Assembly (NCBI RefSeq): GCF_002087085.1
Contig: NZ_MWQY01000002.1
Location: 62,001 to 126,000 of the forward strand
Length of the DNA stretch: 64,000 nt
Direction: 5' to 3'
Both the position numbers and the translations under genes were made by a program. The notes beneath the pieces are model-generated. The model did not search any database. It had not been told where the DNA came from and was given only the letters and a program-made list of their open reading frames with translations. Shown one piece after another: positions 49,233-59,942 of the stretch; within the stretch, counting starts at the first letter, position 1; every line of letters starts with the position of its first letter.

Positions 49233-50108
49233 CTAGGCCCGGGTCATTTTCTCCAGCACCTTGATAAGGTCCGATGTATCCGCATTCTCAAGCCCCAGCG
49301 ACAGGGCGGACAGGTAGTACTGGTACGCCGCATTTACAACCAGAAGGGGAGTCTTGACCCTCCTTGCGTCATTTACAACAAGACCGACGTCCTTGATCAT
49401 CTGTCCGAGCCCGCCGATGGACGCCCCGCCCTCGTTCACGCTTTGGGCTATGATGCGAAAGTAGTCGCTCCCTGCAACACCGCTGCCGGCCACTTCGCAT
49501 ACCAGCTTCGGATCCAGACCGCTCTTCCGTGCCAGGGTAATAACCTCCATGGTCGCCGCCTGAGTCGTTCCCACGAGCAGCTGGTTACAGTGTTTTACCG
49601 CCTGTCCAAGTCCCGGCTCCTCTCCGACAAAGGTGATCTTTCCCTGGACCTCCATAATAGCCCGACATTCTTCCAGGAAACTGCGGTCTCCGGCGGCTAT
49701 GAGGGTCAGTGTTCCGGCTTCAATCCTGGGAGGGCCCCCCGTTACAGGACAATCGATAAATCCCACAGACTTTTCCGCACATTTGCGTGCCACCATCTCG
49801 AGGTTATCCCGATCGATGGTTGCCATGCAGATAACTCCAGTTCCCTCATGGGCACCGTCGAGAATACCGTCCTTTCCGGTAACCACGTCTATTACCTGCT
49901 GATCATTCAATACATAGACAATCACCTTGTCCGATTCTTCGGCTACTTTACGAATGCTGCTCATGTGATGCCCGCCGAAGGATTCGAACTCATCGATAAC
50001 TTCCTGTCGCCGGGCGTAACCGAATACCTCGTAACCGGCTCCAATGTACTTTTTTGCAGCGACAATCCCCATTCGTCCCAAACCTATTATTCCCAGCTTC
50101 TCCGCCAT
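49233..50108 (-). CDS. Beta-hydroxyacid dehydrogenase (3-hydroxyisobutyrate / tartronate semialdehyde reductase family)
   Basis: GLGRMG, DCPVTGG, GQAVKHCNQ, KDV; ATG 50108 follows GGAGG. Confidence 0.88.
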   Translation of the reverse strand: MAEKLGIIGLGRMGIVAAKKYIGAGYEVFGYARRQEVIDEFESFGGHHMSSIRKVAEESDKVIVYVLNDQQVIDVVTGKDGILDGAHEGTGVICMATIDRDNLEMVARKCAEKSVGFIDCPVTGGPPRIEAGTLTLIAAGDRSFLEECRAIMEVQGKITFVGEEPGLGQAVKHCNQLLVGTTQAATMEVITLARKSGLDPKLVCEVAGSGVAGSDYFRIIAQSVNEGGASIGGLGQMIKDVGLVVNDARRVKTPLLVVNAAYQYYLSALSLGLENADTSDLIKVLEKMTRA

Positions 50109-50157
50109 GCGGTCCTCCCGTATTTCCAGAATATGATTCCAGTTATTATAAACAGGC

Positions 50158-50173
50158 TGCAAGGAACATGCCA
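50158..50173 (-). promoter_or_regulatory. sigma54 -24/-12 promoter
   Basis: Minus strand TGGCATGTTCCTTGCA. Confidence 0.85.
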
Positions 50174-50294
50174 ATGAAAAGAGAATAATGAAAAACACAC
50201 AATTTGTTGCATGGCAATATCTTAGCGGCAAATAGTTCGGGGATTCATTCCAGGAAAAAGGAAATTCTGTAAAAAGAGGTGCATATATGCAAAA

Positions 50295-52232
50295 CTATTT
50301 GCGAAAAAGCACCTCTTCCGCGTCCAGATTGTATTTTCGCATTTTCCGCCATAGCGTTGAATTATCGATTCCCAGAAGGTCAGCGGCCTGCTTCTTGTTT
50401 CCCATGGTCTGACGCAGAGCGGCGACGAGAATACCCTTCTCCATCTTTGCGAAACTCTCACTGTTTATAGTGTCTATATAGAAAAGGTCGCCTTCCCTGT
50501 CGCTGCAGGCCTGAGTTTCATCGGTATCCAGAACCTTATAGACTGTTTCACAGTCGATCCCCCCGTCATTCGCAATAATAGCCAACCGTTCACAGATGTT
50601 TATCAGTTCCCTCACATTGCCCGGCCAGGAGTGTTCCGAAAGAACCGACATTGCCTCAGGGGAGACATCCGGAACCTGTTTTTTCATACGCATGCTGTTC
50701 TGTTCTATGTAGTTGCGAAGCAGCAGCGGAATATCCTCTTTACGCTCCCTCAGGGGGGGGATAGTGATTCTGAGAACATCCAGCCGGTAAAGCAGGTCCC
50801 GCCGGAAACGGTCTGAGCGAACAAGATCCTTGAGGGGCACATTGGAAGCAGCAATAACCCGCACATCGATGGGAATCACCCGGTCATGTCCAAGACGCAT
50901 GATCTCCTTTTCCTGCAGGACCCGCAGGAGACGAGCCTGAAAAGGCAGAGAGAGCTCGGATACCTCATCCAGAAAAATCGTACCCCTGTGGGCGAGTTCG
51001 AAAAGCCCCGCCTTACCCGCCCTGGCTGCACCGGTAAAGGCCCCTTCGACATACCCGAAAAGCTCGCTTTCCAGAAGATGTTCCGGAATCGCCGCACAAT
51101 TGACTGCCACAAAGGGCCCTTTACGTCTTTTGCTTGCGTTATGGATGCTCTGGGCAAACAACTCCTTGCCGGTACCGGTCTCTCCGTCAAGCAGAATATT
51201 TGAATCAGCCTCACTGTACTTCATGGCCAGTTCGATTGCTCCGGAAATAGCCTCGCCATAGCCGATAATGTCCTTGAAATGGTATTTGGCAGTCAGCCCC
51301 TTTTTGAACAGCTTCTGCCGTATACGCTCTTCCACCTCCTGGATGCGGGAGATCTTCTGAAAAGTAGCGACGGCGCCGACTATCTCAGAATCTATCTGGA
51401 GGGGAACACAGTTCGTGGAAATCATCGAGTCCTTTACATTATACAGCCCCTCAAGTTCCTCTTTGCCGGTTTCAAGGACCCTGGTAATACCGATTTCGGG
51501 CAACACCTCACCTATGGGACTGCCGATGAGATTTTGCTTCTCAGATTTCAGGATCTCCCCTGCCAGTTTGTTGAAAAGGGTGATCTTACCCTGCTCATCC
51601 ACTGCTATTATTCCTTCGTAGGAATAGTCCATGATGGTGCGGAGCCGCTCGACCCGTGCTCTCTCGGCCCTGGATATAAGGGCAGTCCGTACGGCCTCGT
51701 CCACCGCCTGCCGGATGGATTCGTAGCCGGATTCGATCATGACAGCGGGAAAATGTGCCGCTTCCGCGATCTTGGTCACCATCAGACCGCCCACAACGGC
51801 ATCCGCATCTCCGGCGATGGCCTGACGAACAAAGGAAGCGCCTTCCTCTTCGGAGGATACCTGATGCGCGACCAGCTCCACATCCATCGCCTTTCCGATG
51901 GAGGAAACACCGTACATGACGAAGGAGGAACCTATACAGGCGATTTTTTTTGCGCCGAAGCGTTCCCTGCATGCGTGAATAGCATGAACAATATCGTATC
52001 CGCTTATGGGCAGCTCAATAAGGGGAATACCGCTGTTGAGGCTGCGAATACTTTCGGCGGCGATACCCCTGGCAATGATGACATCCCCCTTGAGCTTGAG
52101 AGAGGGAACATCATGAACCTCAACCTGCAGGATGTTCTTTTTGATCCTCTCGAAGAGCGGATGCTCCTGAAATACCTTATGGACCAGTTCCATCATAGAG
52201 ACGTAGGGAACACAGAACGTCAACTCGATCAT
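50295..52232 (-). CDS. sigma54-dependent activator, PrpR-like (PrpR_N, PAS, AAA+, Fis HTH)
   Basis: DVIIARG, GETGTGKE, GAFTGA, FLDE, WPGNVREL, AADLLGI..STLWRK. Confidence 0.92.
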   Translation of the reverse strand: MIELTFCVPYVSMMELVHKVFQEHPLFERIKKNILQVEVHDVPSLKLKGDVIIARGIAAESIRSLNSGIPLIELPISGYDIVHAIHACRERFGAKKIACIGSSFVMYGVSSIGKAMDVELVAHQVSSEEEGASFVRQAIAGDADAVVGGLMVTKIAEAAHFPAVMIESGYESIRQAVDEAVRTALISRAERARVERLRTIMDYSYEGIIAVDEQGKITLFNKLAGEILKSEKQNLIGSPIGEVLPEIGITRVLETGKEELEGLYNVKDSMISTNCVPLQIDSEIVGAVATFQKISRIQEVEERIRQKLFKKGLTAKYHFKDIIGYGEAISGAIELAMKYSEADSNILLDGETGTGKELFAQSIHNASKRRKGPFVAVNCAAIPEHLLESELFGYVEGAFTGAARAGKAGLFELAHRGTIFLDEVSELSLPFQARLLRVLQEKEIMRLGHDRVIPIDVRVIAASNVPLKDLVRSDRFRRDLLYRLDVLRITIPPLRERKEDIPLLLRNYIEQNSMRMKKQVPDVSPEAMSVLSEHSWPGNVRELINICERLAIIANDGGIDCETVYKVLDTDETQACSDREGDLFYIDTINSESFAKMEKGILVAALRQTMGNKKQAADLLGIDNSTLWRKMRKYNLDAEEVLFRK

Positions 52233-52395
52233 AAGCAAACTCCGGCATATATGGTAGCATACTTTTTTCAGATAATGACCAGATAAACCATGGGTCTTTT
52301 CAGGTTCCAGGGTTGATCTGAAAACGGCTATATGGAAACCTTGCAATCCACCGCCGAGGTGCTATATAAAGAAACCACAGGAGGTCTCGGACAGC

Positions 52396-53475
52396 ATGAA
52401 GAAGGTTGGGATTATCAGTGCCGGTGCCTGGGGTACGGCCCTGGGTAAAATAATCGCTGAATTGGGCAATGAAGTCGTTATGTGGGACTTCATGACGGAC
52501 GTGGTCGACGACATTAATCATAACAATACCAACGGACGGTATCTGCTTGGTGTCAGGCTGCCTTCGAACCTGCAGGCAACCACGGATATTACCCTGGCCG
52601 CCGCGGACAAGGATTTTATAATTGTTGCAACCCCGTCCCTGTATATAATCGATTCGGTAAAAAAGATTGCCGCCATGCCGGGAGTACGGGAGGGAAACAC
52701 CTTTATCGCTGTGGTAACGAAGGGTTTCATATCCGGCGAAGAAGAATCAAAACTCCTTATCGAGGCCATTGAAGAGTTTCTGCCGGAGACCTACAGGAAC
52801 AACCTGGTCTACATCTCGGGTCCCAGCCACGCGGAAGAGGTTTCCCGGGGTAAGCTGACCGGGCTGATCGCCGCCTGCCCCAACGGGCGCAATGCCATAC
52901 GCTTCCGGGAACTCCTGACCGGTTCCACCCTGATGGTTTTTCCCTCCCTCGATATAGTGGGGGTACAGACCTGCGGTGCCGTCAAGAACGTCGTTGCCAT
53001 AGCCTTCGGAATGCTGGATGCGATGATGGAGTTCTCCGACAGTTTCGGCGACAACACCGAGTCTCTGCTTCTGGCTGCAGGCCTGAACGAGATCCAGCTT
53101 CTGGGAACAGCCCTCGGTTCCACCCACCCTGAAACTTTTACCTCTATTGCCGGTGTGGGCGACCTGGACGTAACCTGCCGCAGCCGTCACGGCAGAAACC
53201 GGCGTTTCGGCCGGGAGATCATCAAGGACAGGATACTCGCCCGCTTCAAGGATCTGGAGGACCTTATCCGTAATATTTCCAGCCTGGGATTCCTGCCCGA
53301 AGGAGCTGTGGCTGCAAAATTTGTTCATGAGATCGCCCGTCAGCGGAAGCTCAAGCTGCCTATCTGCGAAACCGTCTATTCCATTCTGAACTGCGAGGTT
53401 AATCCCTCCCAGGCGGTATCGATAATGGTGGAAAACCTTGGCGGGGCGCTTACGCAGACTATTCCGGACGCCTAG
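52396..53475 (+). CDS. gpsA: NAD(P)H-dependent glycerol-3-phosphate dehydrogenase
   Basis: AGAWGTAL, TKG, SGPSHAEEV, GAVKNVVAIA, GVGDLDVTC.S..GRN. Confidence 0.92.
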   Translation: MKKVGIISAGAWGTALGKIIAELGNEVVMWDFMTDVVDDINHNNTNGRYLLGVRLPSNLQATTDITLAAADKDFIIVATPSLYIIDSVKKIAAMPGVREGNTFIAVVTKGFISGEEESKLLIEAIEEFLPETYRNNLVYISGPSHAEEVSRGKLTGLIAACPNGRNAIRFRELLTGSTLMVFPSLDIVGVQTCGAVKNVVAIAFGMLDAMMEFSDSFGDNTESLLLAAGLNEIQLLGTALGSTHPETFTSIAGVGDLDVTCRSRHGRNRRFGREIIKDRILARFKDLEDLIRNISSLGFLPEGAVAAKFVHEIARQRKLKLPICETVYSILNCEVNPSQAVSIMVENLGGALTQTIPDA

Positions 53476-53537
53476 GAACCGGATCAGAAAGGGGTAGACA
53501 AGCCAATCGGGTTTTGGTATCTTTTGCACCTGATTAC

Positions 53538-53609
53538 GGCGCCGTACCCAAGTGGTAAGGGAGAGGTCTGCAAAACCTTTATGCAGCGGTTCGAATCCGC
53601 TCGGCGCCT
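53538..53609 (+). tRNA. tRNA-Cys (GCA), CCA not encoded
   Basis: GGCGCCG/CGGCGCC acceptor stem, anticodon loop CT-GCA-AA, GGTTCGAATCC T-arm, U discriminator. Confidence 0.95.
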
Positions 53610-53843
53610 CTATATTCAAGGCCCGCAACAGCGGGCCTTTCATCATTCCTGCAAGGCGGGCGGCCATAGGCCTATCCACTCGGCGCCTCTATATTCAAGG
53701 CCCGCAATAGCGGGCCTTTCATCATTCCTGCAAGGCGGGCGGCCATAGGCCTATCCGCTCGGCGCCTCTATATTCAAGGCCCGCAACAGCGGGCCTTTCA
53801 TCATTCCTGCAAGGCGGTAGCCTCCGGCTATCCGCTCGGGCCT
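53595..53843 (+). repeat. tRNA-linked tandem repeats (79, 79, 77 bp plus partial)
   Basis: Units start at 53595, 53674, 53753, 53830; each full unit begins with the tRNA 3' end and contains AAGGCCCGC-aaYa-GCGGGCCTTT. Confidence 0.92.
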
Positions 53844-53994
53844 TTATGCTCAATTTAAGCCGGTACATCCTTTACCGTTCTTTGCCATTGGCTCCGGTTT
53901 TGGATAAATTATAACAAGGAAGAGTTGAATCACAGCCTTCAGATACGCATCTCCTTTTCTTAGGTCCATCCCATACCAAAAGGAGAGTACGAGT

Positions 53995-54480
53995 ATGCCA
54001 AGCGAAAAGTTGATTGAGTTCCTCAATCAGAACCATGTTCACTACGAAACGGCCCACCATTTTGAAAACTACACCGCCCAGGAAACTGCAGCCTCAGCCC
54101 ACGTGAAGGGTAAGGAATTCGCCAAGTGCGTAGTGGTAATGCTCGACGGGGATCCCGTCATGACGGTGCTGCCTGCAAACTACAAGGTCGACCTTAAACG
54201 GCTTAAGCAGCTTACCGGATCGAAGTCAGCCTCTATTGCCCACGAGGAGGAGTTCTCCTACATGTTTCCCGACTGCAGCGTCGGAGCCATGCCCCCCTTC
54301 GGGAACCTGTACCATCTGCCGGTGATTGCGGATTCCGATCTGATGAAGGACGATACCATCACCTTCAACGCCGGAAACCACACGGAGGCCCTAAGAATAT
54401 CGGCGGCGGACTATAAACGGCTGGTCCATCCGCGGGTTGCGAATATTCATCGACGTCGCTTCAGGCCCTTTATTATGTAG
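53995..54480 (+). CDS. YbaK/EbsC/ProX-like aminoacyl-tRNA deacylase family protein
   Basis: TAQETA, AKCVVV, GAMPPFG, FNAGNH. Confidence 0.85.
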   Translation: MPSEKLIEFLNQNHVHYETAHHFENYTAQETAASAHVKGKEFAKCVVVMLDGDPVMTVLPANYKVDLKRLKQLTGSKSASIAHEEEFSYMFPDCSVGAMPPFGNLYHLPVIADSDLMKDDTITFNAGNHTEALRISAADYKRLVHPRVANIHRRRFRPFIM

Positions 54481-55558
54481 CCTCCGGCAGGCATTCCAGC
54501 AGCTTCAGGGGTTTTCCCGAAGAGGTCTCTATTACCCTGTTCACCGCCCCGGCGGGAACAAAAAGGGCCGTATAGGGACCGACAGGCACGTCCCCCAGGC
54601 TGCCTTCCCCTTCCAGACAGAGGACCACGGCAAAGCCTCCGTCTGAGTTGAGCTCTCCTTTTCCGGGAACTGCGTGGTAGTTCACCCGGAAAGGCATGCC
54701 CATGGCCGGCACGGTCAGGGGCAGACAGGTTTCACCTGACTCGTCCAGGGGGCATGATCCGATAAAGCGCCCCCGCAGCTCCTCCGGCGTATACGGGGTG
54801 TAATCGAACATATCCAGCATGGATTCAAAACCGGCACCCAGATGACATGCCTCCTCCGGAAGAACCCGGCCTTTGGGGGTAATGCGTTCGGGACGCAGGG
54901 TAAAATCCGTGGGTTCCTGGGCTTCCAGAAGAAAACACCCGGGACCGATGGCATGGGGCACGCCGCCGGGGACGGCCATTACATCACCGGGCTGTACCGG
55001 GATTTTATGCAGGGCATCGATCATTCCCTGAATATCCTGGGCTTCAAAAAGACGACGCCACTTTTCCCGTGTTATACCGGGCTTGAAACCAAAGAGCACA
55101 TACGGCTTCTGGCCGTCGATCTCCCGTCCACCCAGAATAACCCAGAACTCGCTCTTCCCGAAGGGAGAGTTAAAATAACGCAGGGAGTCCTTACGGGTGG
55201 GATGGGCCTGAATGGTAAGACGTTCGGCGGAGTCGATGAGCTTGACGAGCAGGGCGGGGTCGCTTCCGAAACGATCCACGTGGCGTTTTCCCAGAAAAGC
55301 GGCGGGATCCTGCTCTATAAGGCTCTTCAGGCTTTTCGTTTCTGTCCCGGCATCTTTCGAAACAAAACTCAAGCCTTCCCCGTCGATGTGCTCCCGCCCG
55401 GGATTCCGGGCGCTGACCACCGAGGCCAGCCATGATTCGGGAAACTCACCGTCCCCGGGATTCTCCTTTCCATAGACCGTGTCCAGTATCCTGCCGCCGA
55501 CATATGTACGCCAGACCCGCGTCGGGTCCACCGCCAGTGGTTTCTCTGCAATTGTCAC
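54473..55558 (-). CDS. Mannose-6-phosphate isomerase class I family
   Basis: LLVKLID, RLTIQAHP, KSEFW, GVPHAIG, EAQE. Confidence 0.85.
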   Translation of the reverse strand: MTIAEKPLAVDPTRVWRTYVGGRILDTVYGKENPGDGEFPESWLASVVSARNPGREHIDGEGLSFVSKDAGTETKSLKSLIEQDPAAFLGKRHVDRFGSDPALLVKLIDSAERLTIQAHPTRKDSLRYFNSPFGKSEFWVILGGREIDGQKPYVLFGFKPGITREKWRRLFEAQDIQGMIDALHKIPVQPGDVMAVPGGVPHAIGPGCFLLEAQEPTDFTLRPERITPKGRVLPEEACHLGAGFESMLDMFDYTPYTPEELRGRFIGSCPLDESGETCLPLTVPAMGMPFRVNYHAVPGKGELNSDGGFAVVLCLEGEGSLGDVPVGPYTALFVPAGAVNRVIETSSGKPLKLLECLPEAT

Positions 55559-55665
55559 AACTCTTCTCCCGGATTGTGGTTCCTGAAATCAGAATAGCCG
55601 ATATGCTGCAAAGATGGAATGCGGCTCAGGCCTGAACTGCAGGGAAAAAGGAAGAACCCGTCACA

Positions 55666-56034
55666 TCAGTTACGGATTTTCAGTTCTGTTTTTTCCGGAT
55701 GCTTCTTTAAATGAAGATACCGGTGATGCGCGGTTTGTGCGGCTTTTTTCAGGATTTGCCGTATCTCCGGATCATTCAGTATTTCAAAAACAGGCGGAGA
55801 GCCCTTGAACTCCTCGCTGATCCTGTAATGGTCCTTTTTTTCGGGACTGAAGCTGACATCCTCTCCATCCAGAGAGATCTCCTCATGGAGGAGAGTTCCA
55901 AGAAGATCCGCCACACTGATGGTAAAGGCGCGGCGTAAATCATCAACTTTTTTTGAATTGGTAACACGGTTTCTGAACTTGCTGAAAAACTCTTTTTCTA
56001 CTTCGTGCAGATTCTGAGTGGCTTTGTAACTCAT
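55666..56034 (-). CDS. Hypothetical protein
   Basis: 122-aa ORF with GGAGG RBS. Confidence 0.65.
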   Translation of the reverse strand: MSYKATQNLHEVEKEFFSKFRNRVTNSKKVDDLRRAFTISVADLLGTLLHEEISLDGEDVSFSPEKKDHYRISEEFKGSPPVFEILNDPEIRQILKKAAQTAHHRYLHLKKHPEKTELKIRN

Positions 56035-56112
56035 TCTTTGCCTCCTTGAATCGGATCCATCAGCTTGAGTTCCAGACCAGTCGATACAGCAGCCCTCTAT
56101 ATTCTAATATAC

Positions 56113-56715
56113 TTACAGCACCCTTCCGGGTGAACCGCTTTCCAGGTTTTTCCGCCAGCGCCGGTAATAGGCAAGAGCCATCAGCATTACCCCGTTGCCG
56201 TATTCCCCTGTCCCCATCTTCTCGAACACCTCCTTCTCGGGAACAGGCGCGAACTCCACTCTTTCATGAAGGTCCAGGCTCTGTTCCGTACCGCCCTGGA
56301 GACCAAGGGCCACAAAGGTATGGGTATGGTTTGTCATGAAGGCTGGATTGGGGTTGATGGAGCCGATGCAGACAAACTCATCCGCACGATGGCCCGTCTC
56401 CTCCAGAAGCTCCCGGGCGGCGGCATCTGCCGGATCCTCCCCCGGATCCACTGCGCCGGCGGGGAACTCCACGGTCAGCTCCCCGGACCCGTGTCGGAAC
56501 TGTCGTACCATAAGAAAATCCCGGGTTCCGTCGGCTTTTTCCAGTACGGGAATGATGGTTACCCATTCGGGAGCCTCGATCAGCACAAACTCCCCTTCCT
56601 TTGCCTCCCCGTCCCTGCGTTTCGCGGCAGAAAGGGTAAAAATGGGGGTCTTTGCGACTACCCGGCGCTGGATCTCCTTCCAGTGGTGGTGCTCATCCGG
56701 CTGCACCCAGGTCAT
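56113..56715 (-). CDS. NUDIX hydrolase
   Basis: EFPAGAVDPGEDPADAAARELLEETG Nudix box. Confidence 0.92.
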   Translation of the reverse strand: MTWVQPDEHHHWKEIQRRVVAKTPIFTLSAAKRRDGEAKEGEFVLIEAPEWVTIIPVLEKADGTRDFLMVRQFRHGSGELTVEFPAGAVDPGEDPADAAARELLEETGHRADEFVCIGSINPNPAFMTNHTHTFVALGLQGGTEQSLDLHERVEFAPVPEKEVFEKMGTGEYGNGVMLMALAYYRRWRKNLESGSPGRVL

Positions 56716-57320
56716 AGGGAAGCTCCGCTTTCGTCTTCTGATGCCATAAGACGCTTCAGGGTCTCGGCACAGGCGTCAAGAAACTCCTTCCGCTCAGTAT
56801 AATCGCTTCCCCGGGTTTCCGGGAGGATCAGAACCTCCGCAGGACCGAATCCGCAGTAGTGGAAGACCCTCCTCTGCCACATATCCACCGCCGGTATCGG
56901 CTCGGAAGCGTCGGCGTCGGAGGTAATCACCGTCAGGGCCATTTTCTTTTTCAGAAGGGGGATCCGCCGAAACCTCCCCGTTGAGTCCTCCTCAAAACTG
57001 AAGGCGAAACCCGGCTGCAAAACCCGGTCAAGCCAGCCTTTGAGGATCCCCGGAGGGGTTCCCCACCAGTCCGGATGCACCCAGGCAATCAGCCCGGCCT
57101 CGCTCAGAAGCTTCTGGTGACGCTGGACTGTTTCATCAAAGCTGAAGCGCCGGACTGTCTCGTCAGAACTCAGTACCGGATCGAACTTCTCCTCGTAGAG
57201 ATTCAGGATTGAAACCCCGGCTCCCGTCTTTCCGGCAGCTTCGGCAAGAACCGCGGCCACGGTTCCGCAAAAGGAGGATGTGTTGGGATGAGCAAGGATA
57301 ATAAGGACCGAATTCTTCAT
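56712..57320 (-). CDS. Flavodoxin-like NAD(P)H dehydrogenase (quinone)
   Basis: AHPNTSSF, FDPVL, PDWWGTPPGILKGWLDRV. Confidence 0.9.
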   Translation of the reverse strand: MKNSVLIILAHPNTSSFCGTVAAVLAEAAGKTGAGVSILNLYEEKFDPVLSSDETVRRFSFDETVQRHQKLLSEAGLIAWVHPDWWGTPPGILKGWLDRVLQPGFAFSFEEDSTGRFRRIPLLKKKMALTVITSDADASEPIPAVDMWQRRVFHYCGFGPAEVLILPETRGSDYTERKEFLDACAETLKRLMASEDESGASL

Positions 57321-57446
57321 GCCTCAAGCCTACCCCCGGAGGCAGTCCTTATTCAAGCTTGCCGCTCTTTTTTGGTTTGACTGTTTTTGATTCTCTCGGT
57401 ATCTTATCTAATAATTAACTGATTTTTTTTGTAAGGTATTATCGGT

Positions 57447-57758
57447 ATGATTCACGAGAGCACCGTGCTGGACGCGCTGATGGATGTAATTGACCCGGAG
57501 CTGGGAATAAATATTGTCGACCTTGGCCTGATCTACGGTATCGAGATCGATGAAGAAGGAGACGACAGGGGAATTTCCATCCAGTTCACCCTGACCTACC
57601 CCGGCTGTCCGGTGGGGGACCTGATTCAGAGCGAGATTGTACGTGTCGTCACGGAGGCTACGGGCCTTCCGGTGGGCGCCACGATAATCTGGAATCCCCC
57701 GTGGAATATGGAACGCATGAGCGAGGCTGCCCGGCTTGAACTGGGTTATCCGATATAA
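57447..57758 (+). CDS. sufT: DUF59/SufT metal-sulfur cluster assembly factor
   Basis: VIDPELGINIVDLGLIY, TLTYPGCP, PPW. Confidence 0.88.
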   Translation: MIHESTVLDALMDVIDPELGINIVDLGLIYGIEIDEEGDDRGISIQFTLTYPGCPVGDLIQSEIVRVVTEATGLPVGATIIWNPPWNMERMSEAARLELGYPI

Positions 57759-57787
57759 GCTGAAAATCTGCACACAGGAGACTGCAT

Positions 57788-58549
57788 ATGGAACTTGTTA
57801 TCCGCGATCTGCACGCATCAATAGAAAATCAGCCCATCCTCAAGGGAATAGATCTGACGGTAAGAACCGGGGAGACCCATGCCCTCATGGGACCCAACGG
57901 ATCGGGAAAAAGTACCCTGGCAAACGTGCTGATGGGGCATCCAAAATACGAGGTAACCGGAGGCTCGGTCAGGCTGGACGGCCACGAACTCCTCGACCTG
58001 GAACCGGACCAGAGGTCCCTGGCAGGGCTTTTCCTGGCCTTCCAGTATCCCGTGGAAATTCCCGGTCTTACGGTGGGAAAATTCCTGAAACGTGCGGCGG
58101 AGCTCCGCAGCGGGGAGGAAAAACTCAAGGTTTCCAGCTTTATCAGGGAACTCCGGGAAACCATGGATTTTCTTGAGATGGATCAGAATTTTATCAACCG
58201 TTACCTGAACGAGGGCTTCTCCGGGGGCGAAAAAAAGCGCATGGAGATCCTTCAGATGCTTACCCTCAAGCCGGTCTTCGCGGTCCTGGATGAAACCGAC
58301 TCGGGTCTCGACATCGATGCCCTCAAGATAGTATCCCGGGGTGTACGCCGGCTTTCAGGTCCCGACTTTGGTTCCCTGGTTATTACCCACTATCAGCGTA
58401 TCCTCGATTATCTGAAACCCGACTTTGTGCATGTCATGTATAACGGCCGGATCGTCGTCTCCGGAGGCGGAGAGCTTGCGGCAACCCTGGAAGCCCAGGG
58501 TTACGACTGGGTCCGGGAAGAACACGGGGAGGAGGTAAGCCATGGCTGA
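57788..58549 (+). CDS. sufC: Fe-S assembly ATPase
   Basis: [36 protein letters not shown]. Confidence 0.95.
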   Translation: MELVIRDLHASIENQPILKGIDLTVRTGETHALMGPNGSGKSTLANVLMGHPKYEVTGGSVRLDGHELLDLEPDQRSLAGLFLAFQYPVEIPGLTVGKFLKRAAELRSGEEKLKVSSFIRELRETMDFLEMDQNFINRYLNEGFSGGEKKRMEILQMLTLKPVFAVLDETDSGLDIDALKIVSRGVRRLSGPDFGSLVITHYQRILDYLKPDFVHVMYNGRIVVSGGGELAATLEAQGYDWVREEHGEEVSHG

Positions 58550-59942
58550 TACTCCCAATGTAGATATAGAAGATTACCGTTTCGGTTTCAACTTTCCCGA
58601 TTCTTCCGTTTATACCACCGGAAAAGGCCTTTCCGAAGAGGTGGTACGGCAGATCTCCCGCCAGAAGGAGGAGCCCGAGTGGATGCTCAACTACCGGCTT
58701 CGGGCACTGGAGGCCTTCCGGCGGAAAGCCATGCCCAACTGGGGCGCAGACCTGAAGGCCATTGATTTCGACGAGATCGTCTACTACGCCCGGCCTACCG
58801 ACAAGCAGAGCCGAAGCTGGGAGGATCTGCCGGAATCGATCCGGGAGACCTACGACCGCATCGGCATCCCCGAGGCGGAGCGCAAGTTTCTTGCCGGGGT
58901 GGGTGCCCAGTATGACTCCGAGGTGGTTTACCACAACCTGAAAAAGGAACTGGAGGCAAAAGGGGTCATCTTTTCCGATCCCGAATCCGCTGTCCGGGAA
59001 CACCCGGAGATCGTCCGCAAGTACTTCGGGACCGTGGTTCCCTATGGGGACAACAAGTTCGCCGCCCTTAACTCCGCGGTCTGGTCCGGGGGAAGCTTTA
59101 TCTACGTCCCCAAAGGGGTAAAGGTGGATATCCCCCTGCAGGCCTATTTCCGGATCAACCTGGAAAACTTCGGACAGTTCGAGCGTACCCTGATAATCGC
59201 AGACGAGGGCAGCTTCGTTCACTATATAGAGGGCTGCACCGCCCCTGTCTACACCACCGATTCCCTTCACAGCGCCGTGGTGGAGATAATCGCCCTCCCG
59301 GGAGCGCGAGTCAGATACTCCACAATCCAGAACTGGTCCACCGACGTCTACAACCTGGTAACCAAGCGTGCCGTGGCCCACGAAAACGCCACCGTGGAGT
59401 GGGTGGACGGCAACATCGGCTCCAAACGCACCATGAAATACCCCTCGGTCTACCTGATGGGAGAGGGTGCCCACGGCGAGGTGCTCTCCATTGCCTTTGC
59501 CGGAACCGGCCAGGAACAGGACACGGGAGGCAAGATGGTTCATATGGCCTCAAATACAACTTCCACCATCACCTCGAAGTCGATCAGCAAGGGTTCTGGA
59601 ATCGCGAGCTACCGGGGACTTTTGAAGGTAGCCCCGGGCCTGAAAAACGTTAAGTCCCGGGTCGTATGTGACGCCCTGCTCTTGAACGACGAGAGCGCAA
59701 CCAACACCTATCCCTATATGGAGATTGAATCCGACGACGTCTCCATCGAACACGAAGCCCGGGTAAGCCGTATCGGCGAGGACCAGCTTTTCTATCTGCA
59801 GAGCAGGGGATTCGATGAGGAAGAGGCTTCTGGGCTGATCGTCAACGGCTTTCTGGATCCCCTGGTCAAGCAACTCCCCATGGAGTACGCGGTGGAATTA
59901 AACAGACTGATAGAACTCGAAATGGAGGGCTCGGTAGGATGA
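58542..59942 (+). CDS. sufB: Fe-S assembly scaffold
   Basis: [41 protein letters not shown]. Confidence 0.95.
   Translation: MADTPNVDIEDYRFGFNFPDSSVYTTGKGLSEEVVRQISRQKEEPEWMLNYRLRALEAFRRKAMPNWGADLKAIDFDEIVYYARPTDKQSRSWEDLPESIRETYDRIGIPEAERKFLAGVGAQYDSEVVYHNLKKELEAKGVIFSDPESAVREHPEIVRKYFGTVVPYGDNKFAALNSAVWSGGSFIYVPKGVKVDIPLQAYFRINLENFGQFERTLIIADEGSFVHYIEGCTAPVYTTDSLHSAVVEIIALPGARVRYSTIQNWSTDVYNLVTKRAVAHENATVEWVDGNIGSKRTMKYPSVYLMGEGAHGEVLSIAFAGTGQEQDTGGKMVHMASNTTSTITSKSISKGSGIASYRGLLKVAPGLKNVKSRVVCDALLLNDESATNTYPYMEIESDDVSIEHEARVSRIGEDQLFYLQSRGFDEEEASGLIVNGFLDPLVKQLPMEYAVELNRLIELEMEGSVG

Noticed and set aside
49041..50177. 378-aa plus-strand ORF
   Set aside because: Antisense to the dehydrogenase and runs across promoter DNA.
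53595..53843. Possible CRISPR array
   Set aside because: No unique spacers (whole units are near-identical) and no cas genes in the window.
53538..54480. Functional link between tRNA-Cys and the YbaK-like deacylase
   Set aside because: Separated by terminator hairpins, and the subfamily cannot be assigned by eye; adjacency may be chance.
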